NCBI GenBank assembly: GCA_035505655.1
Contig: DATJQP010000085.1
Span: 6,395 to 70,394 of the forward strand
Source of the DNA: Bacteroidota bacterium
GTDB lineage: Bacteria > Bacteroidota > Ignavibacteria > UBA10030 > UBA8401
Direction: 5' to 3'
DNA: 64,000 nucleotides
The notes under the pieces are model-generated. The model was not told the DNA's origin, made no database searches, and worked only from the letters and a program-made list of their open reading frames with translations. Within the stretch, counting starts at the first letter, position 1. Every line of letters begins with the position of its first letter. Of the stretch, positions 40,301 through 49,429 are shown piece after piece. The position numbers were made by a program, and so were the translations under genes.

Positions 40301-41117
40301 GAGTCCTGCCGGGTGGGAATCCTGGAACGTGAGCCCGGCGCTCTACGGCGAGTACCACAGCTACGGTCCCGGATCATCGACGGCGGGGCGGGTCGCATGG
40401 TCGTCTCAGCTCTCCGGCTCTGATGCCGGCAACTACACTCTCGCAAACATTTTCTCCAAGAACTCGGCCGCATCAAGCCTGATTCTCTACGACTGGATGC
40501 CGTCTGCCGGGACCTCTTCGGACGCCCTGCCGCTCCCCATCGAGCTGATCTCATTCAGCGGAACATCGAGTAACCTGGACGCTTCGTTGCAATGGAAGAC
40601 CGCCACTGAAACCCAAAACCTCGGTTTCGAAGTTGACCGCAGCCCCGCGAACGGAAAAGAGGTTGGCTCGGGCGATTGGACGAAGCTCGGCTTTGTCCAG
40701 GGAAGCGGGACGAGTTCGGTTCCCCGCGAATACGGATATGTCGACAAGAATGTCCCGGCCGGAAACTACATGTACAGGTTGAAACAAATCAACAGGGACG
40801 GAACGTTCAGCTACTCCGCTTCCGTCGAAGTTGCCGTCGGCTCGGCTCCGAAGGCCTTCACGCTGAGCTCGAACTATCCGAACCCGTTCAATCCGGCGAC
40901 GACGATCGAGTTCACGCTTCGGGAAGACGGACGCGCCGCCTTGAAGGTCTACAACATTGTCGGACAGCTCGTGGCTGTACTCTTTGACGGTGAGGCTGAA
41001 GCCGGGAGGATCTACACAACGACGTTTGACGCTTCCCGGCTCGCTTCGGGGATTTACTTCAGCGTGCTCCAGGCGGGGAATCAGCGCCTTGTGCGGAAGA
41101 TGTCGCTCTTGAAATGA
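37329..41117 (+). CDS. Multidomain pectin methylesterase. It comprises the N-terminal beta-helix/adhesin-like module, two Ig/FN3-like 'CWNT...RAYATN' repeats, a CE8 pectinesterase catalytic domain, the 'LPIELISF...NLGFEVDRS' domain, and a T9SS CTD.
   Basis: Signal MKNSFCLCLAVFLGLSTAMIAQ. N-module 'TGDFRSYQSGNWSAASTWNYYDGANW'. Two repeats 'ERGVCWNTGGAPTIAD...LTGLTPGVAYHLRAYATNPAGTAYGNEVTF' and 'ARGVCWNTSGAATVSGS...YYVRAYATNSSGTGYGNELSF'. CE8 motifs 'VVAADGSGNFTTVQAAF', 'QAVALRAQGDR', 'LLGYQDTYY', 'GSVDFIFG', 'FGRPWQ'. CTD 'SSNYPNPFNPATTIEFTLREDGRAALKVYNIVGQLV...GIYFSVLQAGNQRLVRKMSLLK'. Confidence 0.8.
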   Translation: MKNSFCLCLAVFLGLSTAMIAQNTGDFRSYQSGNWSAASTWNYYDGANWVNPAPNFPTSSDGAVEILSGHTINLDTSISVDQTTIDAGGSVIVGVNKTLTVADGADSVDLVVNGTFNNFGTLTVAGRMSFENGGLYIHSTPAGAGSLPTITWRIGATCRIDSSSGSNPSNINLQSFANFIWNATNQGANGGPNFSDGAIIAGDLTVMSSKGLQFRLTNLNGGQTKNVYIRGSVYVNGSTAVLTSTGSGADTAAKAVINVDGNVAVTAGQLSLNNSGSAYAEWKIKGNLSVTGGTLQSGASGWYGRRALNFCGGGTQTLTVNSPGTIGSATTLFKVTKGTTLQLMSPLTLMNSGALSLQDSGTVVTTSTNLLTIPASAAILGGSASSYVNGPLAEVVAALTATKTFPVGKGVLYRPLTFSLNHDAATATTYTAEVFNTAPASRTLPSTLNSVSSVRYYHVTKGSGANLSGTLGGTVQISYGTDDLVSDSSVVRVAEDSAANNWINLGGSGTASGVGTITSNAFFSLSSDDFVLATANTGASASLAILTTTAVTRISTTSARSGGNVTNDGGGAITERGVCWNTGGAPTIADTKLASGAGTGMYTSSLTGLTPGVAYHLRAYATNPAGTAYGNEVTFSTFASIVPPTVTTTSISNIQVTTAISGGAVTDWGGDTVIARGVCWNTSGAATVSGSHSVDGSDTGSYASGLAPLSGNTTYYVRAYATNSSGTGYGNELSFTTQTPQPDSTVVVAADGSGNFTTVQAAFRAVPTNYTGNWRIFVKKGTYYEKDTLASGKINVTLEGEDRDSTIITYDDYGDKYGGNGSGNPGTSGSFTIAIDASDFTAKNITFRNTYAPQAGVSGTQAVALRAQGDRHQYINCKLLGYQDTYYTWGGSGTGRLYHKNCFIEGSVDFIFGRDIAVFDSCTIHEIRNGGTITAASTDATSKYGYVFRNCTIEADSLGYDGVVNSAFYFGRPWQASPRTVFLNCYVPSNLSPAGWESWNVSPALYGEYHSYGPGSSTAGRVAWSSQLSGSDAGNYTLANIFSKNSAASSLILYDWMPSAGTSSDALPLPIELISFSGTSSNLDASLQWKTATETQNLGFEVDRSPANGKEVGSGDWTKLGFVQGSGTSSVPREYGYVDKNVPAGNYMYRLKQINRDGTFSYSASVEVAVGSAPKAFTLSSNYPNPFNPATTIEFTLREDGRAALKVYNIVGQLVAVLFDGEAEAGRIYTTTFDASRLASGIYFSVLQAGNQRLVRKMSLLK

Positions 41118-41178
41118 GAGGCAGAGAATTGTCATGACAGGAATCGAGGAGGCGGGAAACGTGGAAGTGATTAAAAGA

Positions 41179-42717
41179 ATGAGCAACAAGAGACTGATCC
41201 TGTTGGGCGTTCTGTTCCTGGCCCTTTTGCTTTCGGGAGGATCGGCAAATGGCCAGATCTACGTCTCGACGACCGGCAGCGATACAAGCGCCGGGACCAT
41301 CGATGCGCCGCTGAAGACGATCAGCAAGGCGCTGTCGCTGGTCGTCGCGGGAGACACTGTCTACGTCCGTGGAGGACACTATCAGCTCACCTCGACGATC
41401 AGCACGTCGAAGAACGGCACCAGCTCAGCGATGATCTGTCTCTTCGCCTACCCCGGCGAACGCCCCTTCCTCGATTTCAGCGCCATGACGATTTCCGGAA
41501 GTAACAGGGGGATCAACCTGAGCAAGAACTACTGGCACATCAGGGGGTTCGATGTGTGGAAGGCCGGCGACAATGGAATGATCATCTCCGGCTCGAACAA
41601 CATCGTCGAGAATTGTTCTTTCAGCGAGAACAGCGACACGGGTCTGCAACTCGGGGGTGGGGCTTCGAACAACCGGATCATCAACTGCGATTCGTACTTC
41701 AACGTCGACCCAAGCCAGGGGAATGCCGATGGATTCTCCCCGAAGCTCGACGTTGGAACCGGCAACTATTTCTTCGGATGCCGCTCGTGGCAGAATTCGG
41801 ACGACGGATTCGACGGTTATCTCCGTCCGTCGGACAGCGTCACAACGACCCTTGAACAATGCTGGACCTTCCACAACGGGTACCTCAAGAGTGGTGCCAC
41901 GAGCAGCGGGAACGGCAACGGCTTCAAAATGGGGGGAGGGGACAATTCGAACGCGGACAGTCTCCGGCACAACATGATCCTGAAGAATTGTCTCTCGTTT
42001 GACAACAGGGTAAAAGGGTACGATCAGAACAACAACCGCGGGTCGATGACGCTGCTCAACTGCACGGCATTCAGGAACGGGACGAACTTCAATATCAGCG
42101 CGGGGCTGAAGACGGGTTCGGTGCTCACGGTGAAAAACTGCATTTCCGCAGGGACGGGCGCGGTATTGCTCCTTCCCTCCGCAATCGTTGCGACAAACAG
42201 CTGGATGCCTCCGTTCGCGGAATCGTCGGCGGATTTCCTGAGCGTCGATACCGCGGGGGTGACGGGGCCCCGCCAGCCGGACGGAAGCCTGCCGGTTGTT
42301 TCGTTCATGCATCTCGCCCAGGGGAGCGAATTCATAGACGCTGGGACCGATGTGGGGCTTCCCTATAACGGGCGCGCTCCGGACCTGGGTGCGTTTGAGA
42401 GCGACTTCACCACTGCCGTTCCGGGGACGGTGCGGTCGGCGGTGCCGCGATCGCCTGCGCTGCTGCAGAATTTCCCCAATCCATTCAACCCCTCGACAAG
42501 GATCGTCTATCAACTTCCCTCCGCCGGAAGTGTATCGCTCCGCGTTTTTAACGAGCTGGGGGAAGAAGTGGAAACGCTGGTGAACGGAGTTCAATCGGTG
42601 GGGATGCACGAGGTCCAGTTTCCCGGAACCTCCCGGCAGTATGCCGCCGGGGTCTTTTTCTATCAATTGCGCACGGAAGGGATCACCCTCACGCGGGCGA
42701 TGATGCTGGTGAAGTGA
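41179..42717 (+). CDS. Right-handed parallel beta-helix protein, probable pectate/pectin lyase (PL9-like), with a T9SS CTD.
   Basis: Signal MSNKRLILLGVLFLALLLSGGSANGQ. 'IYVSTTGSDTSAGTIDAPLKTISKALSLVVAGDTVYVRGGHY' followed by repeated beta-helix coils (NRGINLS..., NGMIISGSNNIVENCSFSENSDTGLQL..., NRIINCDSYFN...). CTD 'LQNFPNPFNPSTRIVYQLP...LRVFNELGEEV...GVFFYQLRTEGITLTRAMMLVK'. The exact lyase family is not resolvable without alignment. Confidence 0.6.
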   Translation: MSNKRLILLGVLFLALLLSGGSANGQIYVSTTGSDTSAGTIDAPLKTISKALSLVVAGDTVYVRGGHYQLTSTISTSKNGTSSAMICLFAYPGERPFLDFSAMTISGSNRGINLSKNYWHIRGFDVWKAGDNGMIISGSNNIVENCSFSENSDTGLQLGGGASNNRIINCDSYFNVDPSQGNADGFSPKLDVGTGNYFFGCRSWQNSDDGFDGYLRPSDSVTTTLEQCWTFHNGYLKSGATSSGNGNGFKMGGGDNSNADSLRHNMILKNCLSFDNRVKGYDQNNNRGSMTLLNCTAFRNGTNFNISAGLKTGSVLTVKNCISAGTGAVLLLPSAIVATNSWMPPFAESSADFLSVDTAGVTGPRQPDGSLPVVSFMHLAQGSEFIDAGTDVGLPYNGRAPDLGAFESDFTTAVPGTVRSAVPRSPALLQNFPNPFNPSTRIVYQLPSAGSVSLRVFNELGEEVETLVNGVQSVGMHEVQFPGTSRQYAAGVFFYQLRTEGITLTRAMMLVK

Positions 42718-42794
42718 GAGGGAATGGCGGGAGAGGTTGAAGCGCCGATGTGTCGTTCAATCTGCAAACACAATGAAACATTCACCAACCACTT

Positions 42795-45700
42795 ATGCGG
42801 AGTAGCGTCATGAACTTCCGACTACTGATCCGATCAGTGTGCTTCGCGGTTATCGCCCTCCCTGCCGTGTCGTTCGGACAGGCGACCCTTCATGGGGTCG
42901 TCTCCGACTCCCTTACCGGGGAGAATCTCATCGGGATCAACGTCACCCTCGAGGGGACCTCTCTCGGCTCGGCGACGAACATCGAAGGGGAGTACCGGAT
43001 CACGGCAATCCCGAGGCGTGCGTTCGTCGTCAAGGTATCGTGTATCGGGTACGAGACAAAGAGAATCGACGTCGATTTCACTGACAAGACCGAGGTTCAG
43101 CTCAATATTCGGCTCAAGCAAACGATCCTTCAGGGCGAGGCCGTCGTCATCACGGCCCAGATGAGAGGCCAGGTGGCGGCGATCAACCAGCAGGTGACGT
43201 CGAAGACGATCGTCAATGTCGTCTCCGAGGAAAAGATCAAGGAGCTCCCCGATGCCAATGCTGCGGAATCGATCGGAAGACTGCCAGGCGTTTCCATCAT
43301 CAGGTCGGGAGGCGAAGCGTCGAAGATCGTTCTCCGCGGGCTCAGTTCCAAGTTCAGCAACATCACCGTCGACGGAGTGAAGATCGCTTCGACGGACTCC
43401 ACGTCGCGCGACGTCGACCTGAGCACGATCTCACAAGGGGAGCTTGCGGGCATTGAGCTCAGCAAAGCGATCACCTCCAACCAGGACGGCGACGCGATCG
43501 CCGGATCGGTGAACCTCGTGACACGTAAAGCCCCGACGGAACGGACGGTTGTCTTTGACTTTCTCGGCGACTACAACGCTCTTATGAAGTCGGGAAAACA
43601 GTACAACATCACCGGGCGGTACGGTGAGCGGTTCTTTGACAATCTCCTTGGTGTGCAGCTTCAAGGGAATGTGGAGGACAAAATCCGCAGCAAAGAGGAT
43701 ATCACATACAGCTACTATTATTTGCACCCTCAAAGCGGCAATGACCCGACTGACATCGATTACAGGATGGCCCCTTTCACGGTCGACTTCACCGATGAAG
43801 ATAGGACAAGAGAAGGGGGGCAGGTGATCTTTGACGTGAACACGCCCGACAGCGGATCCGTCAAGCTCTCCGGCCTCTACAGCAGCACCGGACGGAACAC
43901 GATGCTGTACGATCGGGTCTACCCGGGTATCGGTGCAGGCGGGGGATCGTGGGACTATAATTACCGGTACACCCAAACGACGACGAGCATCGAAAACAGT
44001 TCCCTCCAGGGGAAGAATTATCTCGCCGGTTTCGACGTCGATTGGAGCGCATCGTACGCCCAGTCGCGAGTCGACAACCCGTATGATTTCGCGATGAAGT
44101 TCACGGAGAGTCCTGGCACGAACAGCGTGGTCCCCTCGGGCCGATCCAACCCGGATATCAACATCATTCCCTACGCCGCAAACAACTTCCTGGCGGCTCC
44201 CTGCTCAACCTCGATCTATTCCCAAAGGAACAACTACGACAGGGAGCGTACCGCGTACCTCGATGCCGAGAAGTCGTACAGACTGCTCGATGCGCTTTCA
44301 GGAGAGGTTCAGGTTGGTGGAAAATACCGCGACCGCACGCGGTGGATGAACAGTGAAGAACTCGACGATAACAATTACCTCCACGGGTTCTCTCCGATCG
44401 GGGTCGATACCGTCGCGATGGAAAACAGCCGATTCGCCGACTACTATTACCACCGCGGTATCAGCTCTCCATCCCTTTCGGATTTCGTGGATTTCCCCGC
44501 CAAATCCCGCGACCTCCTCGGTCTCTACCGGATGACGCCCCTCATCAGCGTCGATGCGCTGAAACAATGGTACCAGCTTGTCAAGGATGCCACCGCCAAC
44601 GGATCTGCTGAGTTCGGGTCGAGCGCCCGTGCTGAGCTGACCGATTACAGCGTCCACGAAAGAGTGAGCGCGGCGTACCTGGCGAACACGTTCAACATTG
44701 GCCAGGCGGCGTCTGTGTACACCGGCGTACGGATGGAAAAGGAATCGGACGATTACGGCGCCAAGCTTACCGACGGAGCCATCTCGACCATCGGCATCCG
44801 GGAAAGCACGCCGAACCCGATCAGGGATTCCACGATCAATTATGGCGAGACGATCTGGCTGCCGAACTTTCAGCTCTCGGTGAAGCCCACCGACTACCTG
44901 ACAGTGAGGGCTGTCGCGTACAAAGCCCTTGCCCGTCCAGACTATAACTTGCGTCTCCCGTCGTTCGAAATTTCCGGAAACGGGGGGGAGACGTTCAACC
45001 TCGGGAACCCGGCACTCAAAGACACGAAAGCGTGGAACTATGAGCTCAACACGCAGATCTACAACACGACGATCGGTCTCATTTCCGTCTCCGGCTTCTA
45101 CAAAGTCATCGACGACCTCTATCATGAGATGAGCAATGTGAGCGTCGATAACGTCGACTCTCTCTTCGCCGCACAAGGCATGACGTGGCAGAATGCAGCC
45201 CCGTTCTCGAATATCATTCATCAGCGTTCCCTTCACTTCCTGAACGTGCCGTACAATTCGGACAAGAAGTCGTACGTTTGGGGCTTTGAGTTCGAGCACC
45301 AGATGGCGTTCGGTTTTCTGCCTGGCTATCTGAGCAATATCACGTTGTCATACAATCTGTCGATTACCCGTTCGGAGACGTGGATCATCGGCAGTCAGGT
45401 CACGACGTCATCGGAGACAACGCTCGTTCACAATAAGCCGATCGTTACGACCGTGTTCCATCATTTGCCCGTAGAGCTCAAGCGCGAATCGGAGGGACAG
45501 CCGAACCTCTACGGCAACCTTGCAGTCGGGTACGACATCGGCGGTTTCTCTGCCCGGGTCTCGTGCTTCATGCAAGCCCAGTACGTCCAGCAGTACTCCC
45601 AGGACGGGCAGTCGGATGTCTATGTCGACCCCTTCACCAAATGGGATCTTGCGCTGAAGCAGAAGCTCACCGATACCTTCTCGCTGCTTCTCAATGTCAA

Positions 45701-45821
45701 CAACCTGACGAATCGCCAGGAAAAAACATCGGTGAAGAACAATGTCGTCGCATGGCAGATCCCGAAGACGGCGGAACTCTACGGAACTACCGTCGACTTT
45801 GGCGTTCGAGTAACCCTGTAA
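42795..45821 (+). CDS. TonB-dependent outer-membrane receptor with an N-terminal CarboxypepD_reg-like domain (SusC-like architecture).
   Basis: Signal 'FRLLIRSVCFAVIALPAVSFGQ'. 'TLHGVVSDSLTGENLIGINVTLEGTSLGSATNIEGEYRITAIPRRAFVVKVSCIGYETKRIDV'. Plug 'VVSEEKIKELPDANAAESIGRLPGVSIIRSGGEASKIVLRGLSSKFSNITVDGVKIAST'. A ~800-aa barrel follows. Confidence 0.85.
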   Translation: MRSSVMNFRLLIRSVCFAVIALPAVSFGQATLHGVVSDSLTGENLIGINVTLEGTSLGSATNIEGEYRITAIPRRAFVVKVSCIGYETKRIDVDFTDKTEVQLNIRLKQTILQGEAVVITAQMRGQVAAINQQVTSKTIVNVVSEEKIKELPDANAAESIGRLPGVSIIRSGGEASKIVLRGLSSKFSNITVDGVKIASTDSTSRDVDLSTISQGELAGIELSKAITSNQDGDAIAGSVNLVTRKAPTERTVVFDFLGDYNALMKSGKQYNITGRYGERFFDNLLGVQLQGNVEDKIRSKEDITYSYYYLHPQSGNDPTDIDYRMAPFTVDFTDEDRTREGGQVIFDVNTPDSGSVKLSGLYSSTGRNTMLYDRVYPGIGAGGGSWDYNYRYTQTTTSIENSSLQGKNYLAGFDVDWSASYAQSRVDNPYDFAMKFTESPGTNSVVPSGRSNPDINIIPYAANNFLAAPCSTSIYSQRNNYDRERTAYLDAEKSYRLLDALSGEVQVGGKYRDRTRWMNSEELDDNNYLHGFSPIGVDTVAMENSRFADYYYHRGISSPSLSDFVDFPAKSRDLLGLYRMTPLISVDALKQWYQLVKDATANGSAEFGSSARAELTDYSVHERVSAAYLANTFNIGQAASVYTGVRMEKESDDYGAKLTDGAISTIGIRESTPNPIRDSTINYGETIWLPNFQLSVKPTDYLTVRAVAYKALARPDYNLRLPSFEISGNGGETFNLGNPALKDTKAWNYELNTQIYNTTIGLISVSGFYKVIDDLYHEMSNVSVDNVDSLFAAQGMTWQNAAPFSNIIHQRSLHFLNVPYNSDKKSYVWGFEFEHQMAFGFLPGYLSNITLSYNLSITRSETWIIGSQVTTSSETTLVHNKPIVTTVFHHLPVELKRESEGQPNLYGNLAVGYDIGGFSARVSCFMQAQYVQQYSQDGQSDVYVDPFTKWDLALKQKLTDTFSLLLNVNNLTNRQEKTSVKNNVVAWQIPKTAELYGTTVDFGVRVTL

Positions 45822-45963
45822 AAGCAATTGTGCAATAATAAATCATACGAATTGACAACGTACTGAAAGGGGGTGAGCCCTCAAAAACCATCACATTGGT
45901 TCCATCGCAATTCGCAGTGCCACAATTCACCGTTGGTTTTTTCAATTCAAGAAGGAGGATCAC

Positions 45964-47985
45964 ATGTTTAGATTCAGGTTTCTTGTTCTCCTGCTCTTCG
46001 TTTTAGTACTGCCGTTGATCGGGCTGGGACAGGATCTTGTGATACCGGATTACGCCACCTCGGGCAACCAGTACCTCAACACGCTAATTTTCCAGGACAC
46101 TTCGAGCGCTGCCTTCCAGGCCGGCACGAGGGTATACGTCCTCCAAAAGGACGGGGTCTATCTTCTCAACACTGTCCTTGCGTTTACGGGCAAAACGCTG
46201 AAGTTCCGCGCTGAATACGGCGGGACGGGTCACTACGATCCTTTCGTGTATCTCTATCCCGGGACAACTGGCAACCCTCCGGGGTATTTCGCGAACCTCG
46301 CCGGTGGCTCGGTCAGCCTCACTCACATCGTTCTCTCCGGATACTATGAGCCGGTCGATTCGAACCTCGATCATCTTCAGGGCGGATTGATCGAGCTCAA
46401 CGCTTCCGGGAGTAACGGGAGCGTCTACGTCGACAGTTGTATACTGAAGTCGGTGAACGGAAACGCGATCAGGACTGACGGCAAGCCCCACGTTGTGAAG
46501 GTGACGAACACGATCTTCGGAGATCTCGGGTTTGAAGGGACTTCGAACTTCGGAGCGGGGAAGGGAATCGACCTGAGGAACAACGAGGTCGACACATGCG
46601 ATATCGAAAACTGCACGTTTGTCAACCTCCAGGACAGGGTGGTCCGGCATTACCAAGCGACCCTCGGTCCGATTCACAACTTCATCTTCAACCACAACAC
46701 CGTTGTCAACTCCATCTCGTACCACGGATTCCTCTCTCTCGGGAGGGTTGACTCATCCGGGAGCTCGACGCTGCAGATCACGAACAATGTTTTCGTCGAT
46801 CATTTCGCGCTCGGTGCGGATACCGCCGCCATCCGGCAGGTTGAGTTCAGCGATCCCGGGGAACTCGACTCCGTCAACCTCCAGCCGAGGATGGCGTGGG
46901 TTCTCACAAACAAAAACCTTGCAGCGAAGTGGAACATCTCGAACAATTATTACGCCGTGTCAGATTCGGGACAGGCGATGCTCAACATGGCGGCCCCTTA
47001 CGGACCGTACTACCACAGTGAGGGACCGGCTCTCACCTGGAACATGAACACGGTGCTTGCGGGGCAGGGCAAGGACACCGTCAATGATTTCAAACAGGTG
47101 GCGGTAAAACTCAATAATACGCCCCCGTTGATGACGAAGATGATCCGGTGGATCTATGCGCCGCGCTCGAGCGGCGGCGACGGCAAGCAGAAGAACGGAA
47201 ATGACCCGAACTTCACGAAGGCCTCTCCGGGTCATTGGACTTACGATTATAACCGTAAGATTGCCGAGTACTATTTCGACACGCTGAACTGCAACTATGC
47301 CGGAACGGCTGCCGTGCTCGCGAGCATGACGACCACGGATGGCATCGTTGCGGGCGACCCACGATGGGGAGCCCCGGTGCTTACGACGACCCCGGTGACG
47401 GTCTCCGGACACACGCTCCAGTTCGGGACGGTAAACCTCACATCGTCGAAGTCTGACAGCATCCAGCTCACCAATGTTGGCCCGAACGCGGTTCACTTCA
47501 CTATCACCTCGACGAACGCGGTCTTTACAGCCTCTGGCTCAGTGACGGTGAATGCAGGGGCAAGCAAGTACCTTGTCGTCACTTTCACTCCGGCGGACAC
47601 GAACAGCCAGACGGGCTACGTGAAGCTCGTGTGGGATGCTCTTGGATCCCCCGACTCCATCGCCGTGAGCGGGAAGGGACACAAAGTAACGGGTGTCGAG
47701 GAGCTCCAATCCGGGCTCCCGACGGAGTTCGCTCTGGCCCAGAACTACCCGAATCCGTTCAACCCCTCGACCCAGATTACGTACGCGGTACCAAAAGCGA
47801 CGAAGCTTACGCTCGAGGTGTACGACATCCTGGGCAGGAAGGTCGCAACGCTGGTGAACGGCTTTGTTCAGCCCGGCTACTTCTCGGCTGAGTTCAATGC
47901 CTCGGGGTTGGCATCGGGAATTTACATCTACCGATTGTCATCGCCGGTTGTTACCTTTACGAGGAAGATGATGCTTCTGAAGTAA
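45964..47985 (+). CDS. Hypothetical secreted beta-rich protein with a T9SS CTD, immediately downstream of the TBDR. Possibly a polysaccharide-binding or lyase-like beta-helix.
   Basis: SD AGGAGG 7 nt upstream. Signal MFRFRFLVLLLFVLVLPLIGLGQ. CTD 'AQNYPNPFNPSTQITYAVPKATKLTLEVYDILGRKV...GIYIYRLSSPVVTFTRKMMLLK'. Confidence 0.6.
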   Translation: MFRFRFLVLLLFVLVLPLIGLGQDLVIPDYATSGNQYLNTLIFQDTSSAAFQAGTRVYVLQKDGVYLLNTVLAFTGKTLKFRAEYGGTGHYDPFVYLYPGTTGNPPGYFANLAGGSVSLTHIVLSGYYEPVDSNLDHLQGGLIELNASGSNGSVYVDSCILKSVNGNAIRTDGKPHVVKVTNTIFGDLGFEGTSNFGAGKGIDLRNNEVDTCDIENCTFVNLQDRVVRHYQATLGPIHNFIFNHNTVVNSISYHGFLSLGRVDSSGSSTLQITNNVFVDHFALGADTAAIRQVEFSDPGELDSVNLQPRMAWVLTNKNLAAKWNISNNYYAVSDSGQAMLNMAAPYGPYYHSEGPALTWNMNTVLAGQGKDTVNDFKQVAVKLNNTPPLMTKMIRWIYAPRSSGGDGKQKNGNDPNFTKASPGHWTYDYNRKIAEYYFDTLNCNYAGTAAVLASMTTTDGIVAGDPRWGAPVLTTTPVTVSGHTLQFGTVNLTSSKSDSIQLTNVGPNAVHFTITSTNAVFTASGSVTVNAGASKYLVVTFTPADTNSQTGYVKLVWDALGSPDSIAVSGKGHKVTGVEELQSGLPTEFALAQNYPNPFNPSTQITYAVPKATKLTLEVYDILGRKVATLVNGFVQPGYFSAEFNASGLASGIYIYRLSSPVVTFTRKMMLLK

Positions 47986-48121
47986 GCGGTCGGAGCCATT
48001 GTTGCCGATCGGTGATACTGATTCGTTCTCGTGGTGCCGGAAAGGGGCCGAAGAGGCCCCTCCGGCGCCGGGGAGCGTCACGCAAGGCATTCCTGATGGG
48101 CGCGAGCCCGGAGTTGATCGC

Positions 48122-49396
48122 ATGAGCCTTCGAATGTTGACAGCCCTCGGATTCCTCTTTGGAATCTCGGTCCTTCCCATGGCGGCCGGCACCGGGGCCG
48201 CGAAAGTCGATTCGATCGTCTTCACCGCCTCGAACCCCCTCGACCTGGCGCGACCGGACGAAGCTATTTCTATTCCGCTCTCGGTCCTCGCGAAACTCAG
48301 ACCCGGCTTCGACGCCGCGACATACGGAGTGTACGCCGGTCAGACCGAAATACCGAGCCAGCTCGACGACACGAACAGGGATGGTGCACCCGACCTGCTC
48401 ACCTTCGTTACCGACTTCGCTCCGCGGGAACGGAAAGAGCTTGTTCTCAGATGGGGTGGAATACCGGGTCCACAAAAGAGTTTTACGAAGCGCACACAAG
48501 CCGATCTCTCAATGAAAGAGGGCTACACTTTCGTGGATGGAAAATACACAAAGGGATACTATACGCGCATCGATTCGGTGAGAGTCCCGTCGGTGCACGT
48601 CGATCACGACGCCCTTTTTCAGCATGAAGGACCCGCATGGGAATCGGATCGGGTAGGATACAGGTTTTATCTCGACGCACGGAACCGAACGGACATCTAC
48701 GGCAAGAAGGTTCCGGAGATGGTTCTTCAGAGCGCAGGTGTCCACGACCTTGTCGCGGACAATAATGAGTCGTACGAGTCGATGCTTCCGTGGGGAATGG
48801 ACAATTTCAAGGTTGGCACGTCGCTCGGTATCGGATCGGTGGCTATGATGACATCAAAGGGGGTGGAGACCGTCTCTTGGGTGGACAGCGAATATTGTGT
48901 TATTGCCTCGAACGGTCCGGTTCGTTCCGAAGTGCAGGCCCGGTATTATGGATGGAAGGCCGGCGGCGGTACTTACGATCTTTTCTCGAGCTACTCCATC
49001 ACCGCGGGGAGCAGGCTCACGATGTGCGTAGAATCGGTAACGCCGTCTCCGTCAAACCTTTGCACCGGGATCGCCAAGCACGAGGATACCGACCTCATCG
49101 AGCCGCGTGATACCTCCGGAAAGGGGTGGAAGTACCTTGCACTTTACGGCAAGCAATCGCGCGCGGGGGACGATATGGGAATCGCGGTATTCTACAGAGG
49201 GACCGACAAGCTCAGCAGAGGAGCCGACAGCGTCAGCGAGTTCGTGACCCTTCGTCCGGAGAACGGAAGAGTACGCTATTACTTTGCCTCGACGTGGGTT
49301 CAGGAACTTCACGGTATTACTTCAGAGGGAGAGTTTCGCGCGTACCTCGATGAAGTGACAAGAAGGCTCGATGCCCCGATATCGCTCGGATTTTGA
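48122..49396 (+). CDS. DUF4861-like secreted protein (a family often adjacent to kduI/kduD in pectin loci).
   Basis: Signal MSLRMLTALGFLFGISVLPMAAG. The assignment rests on length (~425 aa), composition and position upstream of uxaC-kduI; the family call is from memory of DUF4861 features, not from an alignment. Confidence 0.4.
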   Translation: MSLRMLTALGFLFGISVLPMAAGTGAAKVDSIVFTASNPLDLARPDEAISIPLSVLAKLRPGFDAATYGVYAGQTEIPSQLDDTNRDGAPDLLTFVTDFAPRERKELVLRWGGIPGPQKSFTKRTQADLSMKEGYTFVDGKYTKGYYTRIDSVRVPSVHVDHDALFQHEGPAWESDRVGYRFYLDARNRTDIYGKKVPEMVLQSAGVHDLVADNNESYESMLPWGMDNFKVGTSLGIGSVAMMTSKGVETVSWVDSEYCVIASNGPVRSEVQARYYGWKAGGGTYDLFSSYSITAGSRLTMCVESVTPSPSNLCTGIAKHEDTDLIEPRDTSGKGWKYLALYGKQSRAGDDMGIAVFYRGTDKLSRGADSVSEFVTLRPENGRVRYYFASTWVQELHGITSEGEFRAYLDEVTRRLDAPISLGF

Positions 49397-49429
49397 TACA
49401 CTACTCTCATTCCACACAAGAGAACTGTC

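Noticed and set aside
11942-45299. Long antisense ORFs inside confidently assigned genes (11942-13120 -, 17834-18799 -, 18687-19640 -, 20648-21781 -, 28160-29290 -, 41425-42666 -, 44298-45299 -, 54490-55200 -, 56714-57571 -, 57908-58921 -).
   Set aside because: Each lies fully within, and antisense to, a gene with strong family motifs. The translations are Arg/Pro/Gly-rich with no signal peptides or domains. This is the expected artefact of ~60% GC with stop-codon-poor antisense frames.
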